A stretch of 64,000 bases of DNA, from the NCBI GenBank assembly GCA_031580945.1, contig JAVLBT010000002.1:5016-69015 (forward strand), written 5' to 3'. Source of the DNA: Gracilimonas sp. (GTDB lineage Bacteria; Bacteroidota; Rhodothermia; Balneolales; Balneolaceae). Below the pieces are notes generated by a model. It made no database searches and had not been told where the DNA came from. It was given only the letters and a program-made list of their open reading frames with translations. A program made the position numbers and the translations under genes. Below, in pieces: positions 1 to 8,176 of the stretch (positions are counted from its first letter, which is position 1; the number at the start of each line of letters is the position of its first letter).

Positions 1-58
1 GTGAAATACTTGGGTAAATGCCGATATCTTCAATTGCGCGCAATACATTTTTATACAT
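1..58 (-). CDS. ccoQ: cbb3-type cytochrome c oxidase subunit CcoQ, N-terminal part (truncated by window edge)
   Basis: ATG at 58-56, 3 nt after the ccoNO stop; translates MYKNVLRAIEDIGIYPSIS, resembling Bacteroidota CcoQ; expected operon position. Confidence 0.7.
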   Translation of the reverse strand, partial: MYKNVLRAIEDIGIYPSIS

Positions 59-61
59 GGT

Positions 62-2272
62 TTATTCGCCCTCTTGCTGTGGTTTGAAATTGGCCTGAAT
101 ACGATCACTTGATGGCAGTTCTTCCCAGGGATTTTTATTCCCTTTGATATCAATCCCTAATCTTTGCATGTAGGCGATGATCGCTACGATCTTCTTATCA
201 GAGGTGATCTGAATGCCTTCGATCTCATCAAATCCATTTTGGCGAAGTCCGTTTACAATTTCATCTGCCTGGGACTCGAGATCTTTAATAGCGATCTCAT
301 CATACCCTTCCACATATGGAACTCCCACTTTCCGAAGTGCATTAATGCGGTTTGGGATGGTTTCTTTGTCCATATCCTGTGTAAATAACCATGGATAGGC
401 AGGCATTATTGAACCAGGAGAGGTAGATGTTGGATCATACATATGACGAACATGCCAGCTATCAGGATACTTACCTCCAACACGATGCAGGTCTGGTCCG
501 GTTCGTTTTGATCCCCAAAGGAAGGGATGATCATACACAAACTCTCCAGCTTTAGAATACTCTCCATATCGTTCTGTTTCTGAACGGAAGGGACGTATCA
601 TTTGAGAGTGACAGTTATTACAACCTTCTGCGATGTATATATCTCTTCCTTCAACTTCCAGTGGAGTGTAAGGTTTAACACTTGCAATCGTGGGAACGTT
701 AGAATCAACTAAAGCAGTAGGTACATATTCAACAATTCCACCGATCAGGATAACCACTAAGGTAAGGGCAGTAAGTTGAAGCGGACGACCTTCCAGGCGA
801 CGATGCCAGCTTTCTTTGTGTCCGGCTGCAGGGTCAATAATAGGCTGTGCTTCATCCACTTCCTGTGCGTTAAAAGAGCCTTGGCGTCCGGTCTTATATA
901 AATTATAGGTTCCAACGACTGCACCAATGATGAATAATGTTCCACCAATTGCACGAAGACCATACATTGGAATGATCTGTGTTACAGTTTCCAGGAAGTT
1001 AGGATATTGCAGAAGACCTTCTGTAGTAAATTCTTTCCACATCAAACTTTGGGTGATGCCGCCCCAATACATGGGAATTACATAAAAGATCGCACCAAGT
1101 GTAGCAAACCAGAAATGTACGTTGGCTAACTTGATAGAGTACAGTTTGGTTTTGTAGATCCTTGGTGTAATGTAGTACAACATTGCGAAGGTTAGTCCGC
1201 CATTCCAAAGCAAAGCACCATTATGTACGTGGCCAATGATATAATCAGAGTAATGGGCAATCGCATTAACATTTGCGATAGATAACATAGGCCCCTCAAA
1301 GGTTACCATACCGTAAGCCGTCACACCAACAACCAAAAACTTGAGTACGGGATCTTCTCTGACACGATCCCAGGCACCTCTTAATGTAAGTAGTCCATTA
1401 AGCATACCGCCCCAGCTTGGTGCTATCAACATCAAGCTGAAAACTGTACCCAATGCTTGCGCCCAGCCGGGAAGTGCTGTATAAAGCAAATGGTGAGGTC
1501 CTGCCCATATATAAATAAAGATGAGTGACCAAAAGTGTACAATGGAAAGCCGGTATGAAAAAATCGGCCTGTTTGCTGCTTTTGGGATAAAATAATACAT
1601 GATCCCCAAAAACGGAGTTGTTAAAAAGAAAGCCACAGCGTTGTGTCCGTACCACCATTGAACTAAGGCATCCTGTACACCCGCATAGATAGGATAACTT
1701 TTTAGGAATGTAGCAGGCATTTCAAAGGAGTTTACCACATGAAGAACGGCAACAGTTACAAATGTGGCGATGTAAAACCAGATGGCCACATATAAATGTT
1801 TTTCCCTTCTTTTCATGATCGTCATGATCATATTGACCCCAAAAATTACCCAGATTATGGTGATCGCAATATCGATCGGCCATTCCAGCTCCGCATATTC
1901 CTTACTGGTATTTATGCCGAATGGTAAAGTCAAAACCGCAGAAACAATAATTGCCTGCCAGCCCCAAAAGTGTAGCTGACTCAGTTTTTGACTCCACATG
2001 GGGGTTTTGGTTAAACGAGGTAACGAGTAGTAAACTCCGTAAAAAATTGCATTCCCTGCGAAAGCAAAAATTACCGCATTTGTATGCAAAGGCCGTAATC
2101 TTCCATAACTGAGTTCAGGAATAAAGCCAAGAAAATCTGGCCAAATGAGTTTTAGAGCTATGGTAAGCCCAACGATAAAGCCGATAAGTCCCCAGATTAA
2201 AGCTGCGACCCCAAATTTTCGGACGATCTCGTTATCGTAATGAAAGGTTTCTAAAGTTGATGATGAAGACAT
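62..2272 (-). CDS. ccoN: cbb3-type cytochrome c oxidase, fused subunit I/II (CcoNO)
   Basis: GRLRPLHTNAVIFAF, QWWYGHNAVAF, WAGPHHL (CcoN), then EGCNNCHSQMIRP and WGSKRTGPDL (CcoO) in one 736-aa ORF. Confidence 0.97.
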   Translation of the reverse strand: MSSSSTLETFHYDNEIVRKFGVAALIWGLIGFIVGLTIALKLIWPDFLGFIPELSYGRLRPLHTNAVIFAFAGNAIFYGVYYSLPRLTKTPMWSQKLSQLHFWGWQAIIVSAVLTLPFGINTSKEYAELEWPIDIAITIIWVIFGVNMIMTIMKRREKHLYVAIWFYIATFVTVAVLHVVNSFEMPATFLKSYPIYAGVQDALVQWWYGHNAVAFFLTTPFLGIMYYFIPKAANRPIFSYRLSIVHFWSLIFIYIWAGPHHLLYTALPGWAQALGTVFSLMLIAPSWGGMLNGLLTLRGAWDRVREDPVLKFLVVGVTAYGMVTFEGPMLSIANVNAIAHYSDYIIGHVHNGALLWNGGLTFAMLYYITPRIYKTKLYSIKLANVHFWFATLGAIFYVIPMYWGGITQSLMWKEFTTEGLLQYPNFLETVTQIIPMYGLRAIGGTLFIIGAVVGTYNLYKTGRQGSFNAQEVDEAQPIIDPAAGHKESWHRRLEGRPLQLTALTLVVILIGGIVEYVPTALVDSNVPTIASVKPYTPLEVEGRDIYIAEGCNNCHSQMIRPFRSETERYGEYSKAGEFVYDHPFLWGSKRTGPDLHRVGGKYPDSWHVRHMYDPTSTSPGSIMPAYPWLFTQDMDKETIPNRINALRKVGVPYVEGYDEIAIKDLESQADEIVNGLRQNGFDEIEGIQITSDKKIVAIIAYMQRLGIDIKGNKNPWEELPSSDRIQANFKPQQEGE

Positions 2273-2461
2273 TTATTCATCCCGATGTTTTTGGTTGTGG
2301 TTTGATTTTTTTGATGAAGAATCTTTACTGTCAAAGAGTACTCGCATGGAGGGAGTGTGTTGGTCGTCGAACTGTCCGGATCGAACGGCCCAAAAAAACA
2401 ATCCCAAAAAAATTAGTGCTACCAGCAGGCTGAATCCGATAAGCATATAGATCACTTCCAT
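2273..2461 (-). CDS. ccoS: cbb3 oxidase maturation protein CcoS
   Basis: Short TM protein with FFWAVRSGQFDD motif, between ccoI and ccoN. Confidence 0.93.
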   Translation of the reverse strand: MEVIYMLIGFSLLVALIFLGLFFWAVRSGQFDDQHTPSMRVLFDSKDSSSKKSNHNQKHRDE

Positions 2462-5040
2462 ATCGCTAAGCCTCCTTTACGCGCAAAATATCGTGTCGTT
2501 AAAAAAGTGAATATCATAACGCTGATGGAGCTTAATGGCATTAAAATGGCAGCTACCAATGGAGATAAATTTCCTGTTACTGCAAATCCAAGTCCAATGG
2601 TATTATACAATAGCGAGAGTACAAAACTCGCAATGATGATATTCATGCTCTGATTTGAAAATTTGATGAAGACGCCCAGATTTTTTAGTGAATCTCCTTC
2701 TAATATGGCATCGCAGGCTGGAGCAAAGGAGCTAATATCATCAGCCAGTGCAATGCCAAAGTCTGATTTTTTGAGCGCACCGGCGTCGTTTAATCCATCG
2801 CCCACCATGATCACTTGATCGCCATTTTCCTGCAGCTGTGTGATGAATTCGAGCTTCTCCTCCGGTTTTTTATTGAAAAGGAGGGAGTCTTTTGAGCCAA
2901 AGTAATGCGTAAAATCTGACCGCTGGGCCTCATTATCCCCGGATAGTAAATAGAGGCTAAATTTTTCTTTGATATTTTGAAGCAGTTCGGAAATGCCATT
3001 TCGCAACCCGGCTTTGATTCCAAAAAACCCTCTATACACCCCGTTTATGGAAAGATGTACCGTTGAACCCTTAAAGTTAGTTTCAGGAATTTCATTTAGT
3101 TTCATACCTGATTGCCCAGCAACAAATGATCGTGAACCAAGACAGATTAATGCTCCTTCGATCTCTGCATAAATGCCTTTTCCCGGTTGTTCTTCAAAGT
3201 TTTTCAAAATCGCACGGTCATCGCGAGGAGCATCGATGGTTGAAGTAGAACTCGAAAATTGTTCGACGAAGCGATCTCCCTGAATCGAGCCAGTTGCCAT
3301 TGAGGGGAGATTGACGCGAGGTTTGTTCACTTCGTTTACCGAACCTCTCGCAATGACATCCTTTAGATAGAAAGAAATTTTACGGCTCAGTGGATGTATA
3401 GAGTTTTTACAAGCTGATTTTACCCAAATTTCTTCTTGAGAGGATAGTTCATCTCCAAATAAAGTAACCTCAGCAGCCTCACTTTCAGTAAGCGTACCGG
3501 TCTTGTCAAAAACAATAGAGGTGGCTTTGGAGAGATTCTCGATCAATAAATGGTTCTTCACAAAAAGGCCGTTCAGCGATAGCAAATTGAGTGCTGAACC
3601 CAAGGTGAACGGTGTGGAAAGTGCCAGGGCACACGGACAGGCGATGATCAAAACCGCGGTAAAAACGGACAGAGCAGGTTCCACCCCAGCTGTTTGAAGC
3701 CAGTATAAGCCGGAGAAAAAAGCAATCCCCAAAACTGCCACTGTAAAATAGGGGCTGATCTTATCGGCAAAAGTAGTGAGCTTTAATTCCTTATCATTGT
3801 TTTGGAAGGCTTCATGATTCCAAAGTTTAGTAAGATAGCTGTTGGTGACTTTCTCTTCCGTTTTAAATAAAGCGGCATTCCCGATCAACCGCCCCCCGGC
3901 AAATATTTGATCGCCTTTTTTTACACGTACCGGCTCAGATTCTCCCGTGATAAAGCTATAATCCATGAAGGCCTCATCCGATAAAAGGGTAGAATCACAA
4001 GGAACAAGCTCTTGATTCCGAAGTCGTATTTGTTTGTCGGGCGTAAGCTTGTCAAGAGATACGGAATATTCTTCTCCATGCTCATTTAAAACATTGACGG
4101 CAATGGGTAAGTATGATCGATAATCCCGATTAAAGGAAAGACGGTGAAAAGTTTTTTGCTGAACCAGTTTTCCGATCAAGAGAAAAAAGATGAGTCCTGT
4201 GAATGAATCCATGTAACCGGTTCCTGTCAAAGTAACAATTTCGTATACGCTGCGCGTAAAAAGTGCTACTATACCAATTGATATAGGAACATCCAGGTTG
4301 ACCCCGCGCTGACTTAAAGCGGCAAATGCGGACTTCAAATAATCACTGCTGCTGTAAATCAAAACAGGCAAGGCTAAGATGATATTTAAAGCCCCAAAAA
4401 AGAGATGAAAGTCCCCACCCAATCCACTACCAGTGGTATCGAGGTAATCCGGAAAACTGAATAACATGATATTTCCAAATGCGAAACCGGCCACTCCCAT
4501 TTTTAACCATAACGAACGATTTTGATGAGATTTTTCCGTTTTGGAATCCAGTTTCTCTAACCTGATCTCAGGCTCATACCCTATGGTAACAAGTTGTTCT
4601 ACAACATTTCGAAGGGAGGTATTATTAGAATCGATTAGAACCGATAGCTCTTTTTTTAGAAAGTTAACCTCACTTTGTAAAACACCGGGCTCAAGTTTCT
4701 GCAGGTTTTCTAAAAGCCATACACACGAAGTACAATGAATGTTAGGTATGTTCAAGGTGACTGAAATTCTGCTGTCATCCTGATAGTCAGAGATCCGGTT
4801 TATGACTTCCTCATCTTCCAGATAATCAAACCGCGCCCTGTGCTTGACATTTTTTAGGTTTATGCCAGGATTAGATTCGAGATCATAATATCCGCATAAG
4901 TCACTTTCATCTAATATTTGATAGGCAGATTTACAACCTTGACAACAAAAATTTTTTTCATCGAACCGTACAGTATCAATCACACAATCTTCACCGCAAT
5001 GAAAGCATATATCGGGGGATATGACGGTGTTTGTTTTCAT
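2452..5040 (-). CDS. ccoI: Heavy-metal (Cu) P1B-type ATPase CcoI/FixI
   Basis: N-terminal CFHCG..FCCQGC, CTSC metal-binding domain, TGES, CPC, DKTGT, HP, GDGLND; cco context; carries a 47-aa insertion. Confidence 0.92.
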   Translation of the reverse strand: MKTNTVISPDICFHCGEDCVIDTVRFDEKNFCCQGCKSAYQILDESDLCGYYDLESNPGINLKNVKHRARFDYLEDEEVINRISDYQDDSRISVTLNIPNIHCTSCVWLLENLQKLEPGVLQSEVNFLKKELSVLIDSNNTSLRNVVEQLVTIGYEPEIRLEKLDSKTEKSHQNRSLWLKMGVAGFAFGNIMLFSFPDYLDTTGSGLGGDFHLFFGALNIILALPVLIYSSSDYLKSAFAALSQRGVNLDVPISIGIVALFTRSVYEIVTLTGTGYMDSFTGLIFFLLIGKLVQQKTFHRLSFNRDYRSYLPIAVNVLNEHGEEYSVSLDKLTPDKQIRLRNQELVPCDSTLLSDEAFMDYSFITGESEPVRVKKGDQIFAGGRLIGNAALFKTEEKVTNSYLTKLWNHEAFQNNDKELKLTTFADKISPYFTVAVLGIAFFSGLYWLQTAGVEPALSVFTAVLIIACPCALALSTPFTLGSALNLLSLNGLFVKNHLLIENLSKATSIVFDKTGTLTESEAAEVTLFGDELSSQEEIWVKSACKNSIHPLSRKISFYLKDVIARGSVNEVNKPRVNLPSMATGSIQGDRFVEQFSSSTSTIDAPRDDRAILKNFEEQPGKGIYAEIEGALICLGSRSFVAGQSGMKLNEIPETNFKGSTVHLSINGVYRGFFGIKAGLRNGISELLQNIKEKFSLYLLSGDNEAQRSDFTHYFGSKDSLLFNKKPEEKLEFITQLQENGDQVIMVGDGLNDAGALKKSDFGIALADDISSFAPACDAILEGDSLKNLGVFIKFSNQSMNIIIASFVLSLLYNTIGLGFAVTGNLSPLVAAILMPLSSISVMIFTFLTTRYFARKGGLAIWK
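3217..3357. repeat. Palindromic (RPE/REP-like) element inserted in frame in ccoI
   Basis: Ends GTCATCGCGAG / CTCGCAATGAC form an inverted pair (10/11); inner inverted pair GATCTCCC / GGGAGATT; 141 bp = 47 codons. Confidence 0.8.
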
Positions 5041-5504
5041 TATTTAAAAGAGGGGATACTGTTTGAAAATTGCAACCGCTGATCAAACCATGTTTGGGTC
5101 ATATTTTGGTCAACTTGTTCAAAAGTGGTTTCACGAAGCCATTTTTCGATCTTTTTACGTTCAACGGACCAAAATTCATGAAAAGGGCAGGGTTCAATAT
5201 TACCGCAACCTTCAATGCCCATAAAGCACTTGTCGAAGAACTCAGTACCATCTATGGCTGCAATTACATCCATCATCGTGATCTTATCAACAGGTTTGGC
5301 AAGGTATACGCCACCGTTTAGTCCGCGCTGAGATTTTAAGATCCCGGGTTTTTTTAGCTTTGCCAATACTTGTGAGAGGTAGGCCGTCGGGCAGTCCAAT
5401 GATTTTGATAGATAAGTGGCAGAAATTGGACCTCCTTCAGTATGCTTCGAAATGGCAATAATAGCCGATATGGCGTACTGAGCACCTTGTGAAATCAACC
5501 TCAT
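5040..5504 (-). CDS. Rrf2 family transcriptional regulator
   Basis: YAISAI..YLSQVLAKL..SQRGLNGG..ITMMDVIAAIDG; C-terminal CFMG..C...PCPFH; first gene of the cco operon. Confidence 0.9.
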   Translation of the reverse strand: MRLISQGAQYAISAIIAISKHTEGGPISATYLSKSLDCPTAYLSQVLAKLKKPGILKSQRGLNGGVYLAKPVDKITMMDVIAAIDGTEFFDKCFMGIEGCGNIEPCPFHEFWSVERKKIEKWLRETTFEQVDQNMTQTWFDQRLQFSNSIPSFK

Positions 5505-5669
5505 TCGGTAAGATTTAAATCAAATATTCTAATTCTAATAACGATATTAGATTTTACGGAGAATTCTTAAAATTATCAATGGGAGGTTGAATTTTATTTT
5601 ATCAGAAATGTATAGTGCGATAAAATTAGGATTGATCGTATTTGAAAATTTGAGTTGATTTATTCTAAT

Positions 5670-5961
5670 ATGAAAAGGAAAGAAATATATAATACTGTAA
5701 AAAAAATACTTTGAGGAAAAACCGGTTAAAAAGGTGTCCATTTGCGGCTCATATGCTTCAGAGAAAGAGAGAGAAGAGTCAGACTTTGATATTTTGATTG
5801 AACTAAAGCATCCAGTAGGGTTGATGGAATTATCCAGGTACAAGAATGATCTCGAAGAGCTTATTGATGTTCCAGTTGATATTGGTATAAATTTGGGGTT
5901 TTCAGAATATGTAGCCAATGAAATGATAGACAACTCGATAGTAATTCAAGAAGACTTTTAA
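5670..5961 (+). pseudogene. Minimal nucleotidyltransferase (MNT/MntA-like), frameshifted
   Basis: ATG 5670 gives MKRKEIYNTVKK then stops; removing one A from the A8 run (5699-5706) joins it to YFEEKPVKKVSICGSYA..SDFDILIEL (GS..DxD motif). Confidence 0.7.
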
Positions 5962-6001
5962 ATTGGTATAAGGCAATGCTGGGCTCCTACTATTCCATAA
6001 T

Positions 6002-6204
6002 GTTCTTTTGTACCGACAAAAGAACCAACCCCGAGCAGTCGGGGCACCTGCGAAAAAATTGCTAAAGCTGACTCTATTCCACTAAAAGAAATCAAAGCTC
6101 CTTATCTGGGCCCGCTGGTAATTATAGAAACATGCGGTACCCTTAATGCTCGGGGTTTCTTAACGTTTCATTCCGTCCTCTTTTTCACGCAATTTTTTCT
6201 AAGG
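6002..6204. repeat. Degenerate palindromic intergenic element
   Basis: Hairpin GTTCTTTTGT-ACCG-ACAAAAGAAC; CCCCGA-GCAG-TCGGGG; long-range pairs AACCCCGAGCA/TGCTCGGGGTT and GAAAAAATTGC/GCAATTTTTTC. Confidence 0.55.
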
Positions 6205-6315
6205 GTGAATATTTTTATCCCTAATTGATAAACTCACTCGGAAATAAGTTTAATTAGAATCAGTGAAAACTCGCTAAATCCGTGTCATCCGTGTTCCATT
6301 CCATTATTTTCCTTC

Positions 6316-6357
6316 AAAGCATAAAGCATAAAGCATAAAGCATAAAGCATAAAGCAT
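6316..6357. repeat. Heptamer tandem repeat (AAAGCAT)x6
   Basis: Six perfect copies, 72 bp upstream of the CoA-transferase ATG. Confidence 0.95.
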
Positions 6358-6429
6358 ATTCCCGTCTCTTTAAGAAAAATTCATAATGCTTCGTTATTAT
6401 CGGATATAAACAAAGATAATTGGAGTTCT

Positions 6430-7701
6430 ATGAGTAAGTATATGACAGCAGCTAAAGCAGTAAAGGAAATTAAATCAGGAGACCGGGTTTTTGTACATGG
6501 TGTATCGGCTACACCGGTTCAACTTATTCAAGCCATGACAGACCGCCACCAGGAATTAAAAAATGTAGAGGTGATTCATTTACATACAGAAGGGCCGGCA
6601 CCATATGCTGCTGAAGAATACAAGAATAGTTTTTTTGTAAATGCATTATTCGTTGGGGCAAATGTGAGAAAAGCTGTAAACCAGGGAAGAGGAGATTATA
6701 TACCTGTATTTTTAAGTGAAGTACCCAGCCTGTTCCGGCATGGAATTTTACCTATAGATGTTGCCTTGATTCACGTTTCACCGCCCGATATCCATGGCTT
6801 TTGTTCACTTGGTGTTTCGGTAGATGCTGCTGTTGCCGCAACACAAACTGCAAAACATGTGATCGCTCAAGTTAATCCAAAAATGCCACGAACACATGGG
6901 GATGGTCAAATTCACGCAAGCAAAATCGATGCGTTTGTTGAAGTGAATGATGACCTGCCGGAACAAATTGTGCCCGAACCAGACGAAGCCGAATTAAAAA
7001 TTGGACAGTTCTGTGCCGAGTTGATCGATGATGGGGCTACTTTACAAATGGGAATTGGAGCTATTCCAAATGCAGTTTTAAAAAGCCTGACCAGTCATAA
7101 AAATTTGGGAGTACATACCGAGATGTTCTCAGATGGGGTGATTGAACTTGTAGAAAATGGTGTCATCAACGGAATGAATAAGAAAATTCATCCTGGAAAA
7201 GTGGTAAGTGGTTTTGTGATGGGTTCCCGAAAAACCTATGATTTCATAGACGACAACCCATCAGTAGCCATGCTTGATATCGCCTATATCAATGATACCG
7301 CTGTGATTCGAAGAAATCCCAAAGTTATTGCCATCAATAGTGCAGTTGAAGTTGACCTCACGGGTCAGGTTTGTGCAGATTCTATTGGAACGTATCATTA
7401 TTCAGGGGTAGGCGGACAAATGGATTTCATCCGTGGAGCTTCGTTATCACCTGGAGGAAAGCCGATCATCGCACTGCCATCAACTACGAGAAAGGGTATT
7501 AGTCGAATTGTACCTTTTTTGAAACAAGGTGCAGGTGTGGTAACTACCCGGGCACACGTACATTATGTGGTAACTGAATATGGAGTTGCTAATTTGTATG
7601 GCAAGAATTTGGGACAGCGAGCCAAAGCATTGGTTGAAATTGCCCATCCGGATCATCGAGAGGAATTGGAGAAGGCGGTTTATGAACGGTTTAAGGGTTG
7701 A
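6430..7701 (+). CDS. Acetyl-CoA hydrolase/transferase (4-hydroxybutyrate CoA-transferase-like)
   Basis: TLQMGIGAIPNAV, LGVHTEMFSDG, SGVGGQMDF, VVTEYG. Confidence 0.92.
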   Translation: MSKYMTAAKAVKEIKSGDRVFVHGVSATPVQLIQAMTDRHQELKNVEVIHLHTEGPAPYAAEEYKNSFFVNALFVGANVRKAVNQGRGDYIPVFLSEVPSLFRHGILPIDVALIHVSPPDIHGFCSLGVSVDAAVAATQTAKHVIAQVNPKMPRTHGDGQIHASKIDAFVEVNDDLPEQIVPEPDEAELKIGQFCAELIDDGATLQMGIGAIPNAVLKSLTSHKNLGVHTEMFSDGVIELVENGVINGMNKKIHPGKVVSGFVMGSRKTYDFIDDNPSVAMLDIAYINDTAVIRRNPKVIAINSAVEVDLTGQVCADSIGTYHYSGVGGQMDFIRGASLSPGGKPIIALPSTTRKGISRIVPFLKQGAGVVTTRAHVHYVVTEYGVANLYGKNLGQRAKALVEIAHPDHREELEKAVYERFKG

Positions 7702-7866
7702 ACATCGAACATTCAACTTTGAAGTTTTTAAACACCCATAGCGCAAGCGTCGCGGTTGTGCGGTGTTTGACTTGCAATAATTTGCCTATTACCGGCTCTA
7801 TTGTTCATATTGTCTTGATTCCCAATCAACCGAAAATGGTCCAAATGAACAATTCCGATCATTGGA

Positions 7867-8013
7867 CCCTAACCCTGTGCCTCCAGGGACACAGGTTCTT
7901 AGCCTATGTCATAAAGTTTGACCAAGTTAAGGTAGCACGCATTGGCAAGAACTGTCTCTCTTTGGAGAGAGTCAGGATTTAGTTTTGTCCCGATTTATTC
8001 GGGAAGAGAGGAC
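7867..8013. repeat. Dispersed palindromic repeat, copy A
   Basis: Shares CTCCA..GGGACACAG, TCTCTTTGGAGAG and GAGAGGAC with 27136-27312 and 54594-54784. Confidence 0.75.
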
Positions 8014-8176
8014 TGTTGTTTGGCTCAAGCTCATCAATTTACCATTAACCATTCCACAAATAACAAATTCCCCGCTAATCCAATTAGAGCCTTTTCTTAA
8101 ATAATCGTACCTTCAACTCCGTCTTAATTCATCCGGATATATTTTCTGGATCAATCTCAATTCTCAACATTCAACA

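Noticed and set aside
62-2272. CcoN-CcoO fusion as a novelty
   Set aside because: This is the usual arrangement in Bacteroidota-related lineages
5547-5933. 128-aa minus-strand ORF
   Set aside because: Antisense shadow of the MNT remnant plus AT-rich promoter DNA
6316-6357. CRISPR array
   Set aside because: Simple tandem heptamer with no spacers; no cas genes or repeat-spacer arrays seen anywhere in the window
7698-7982. 94-aa ORF after the CoA transferase
   Set aside because: TTG start, overlaps repeat copy A, no recognisable protein features
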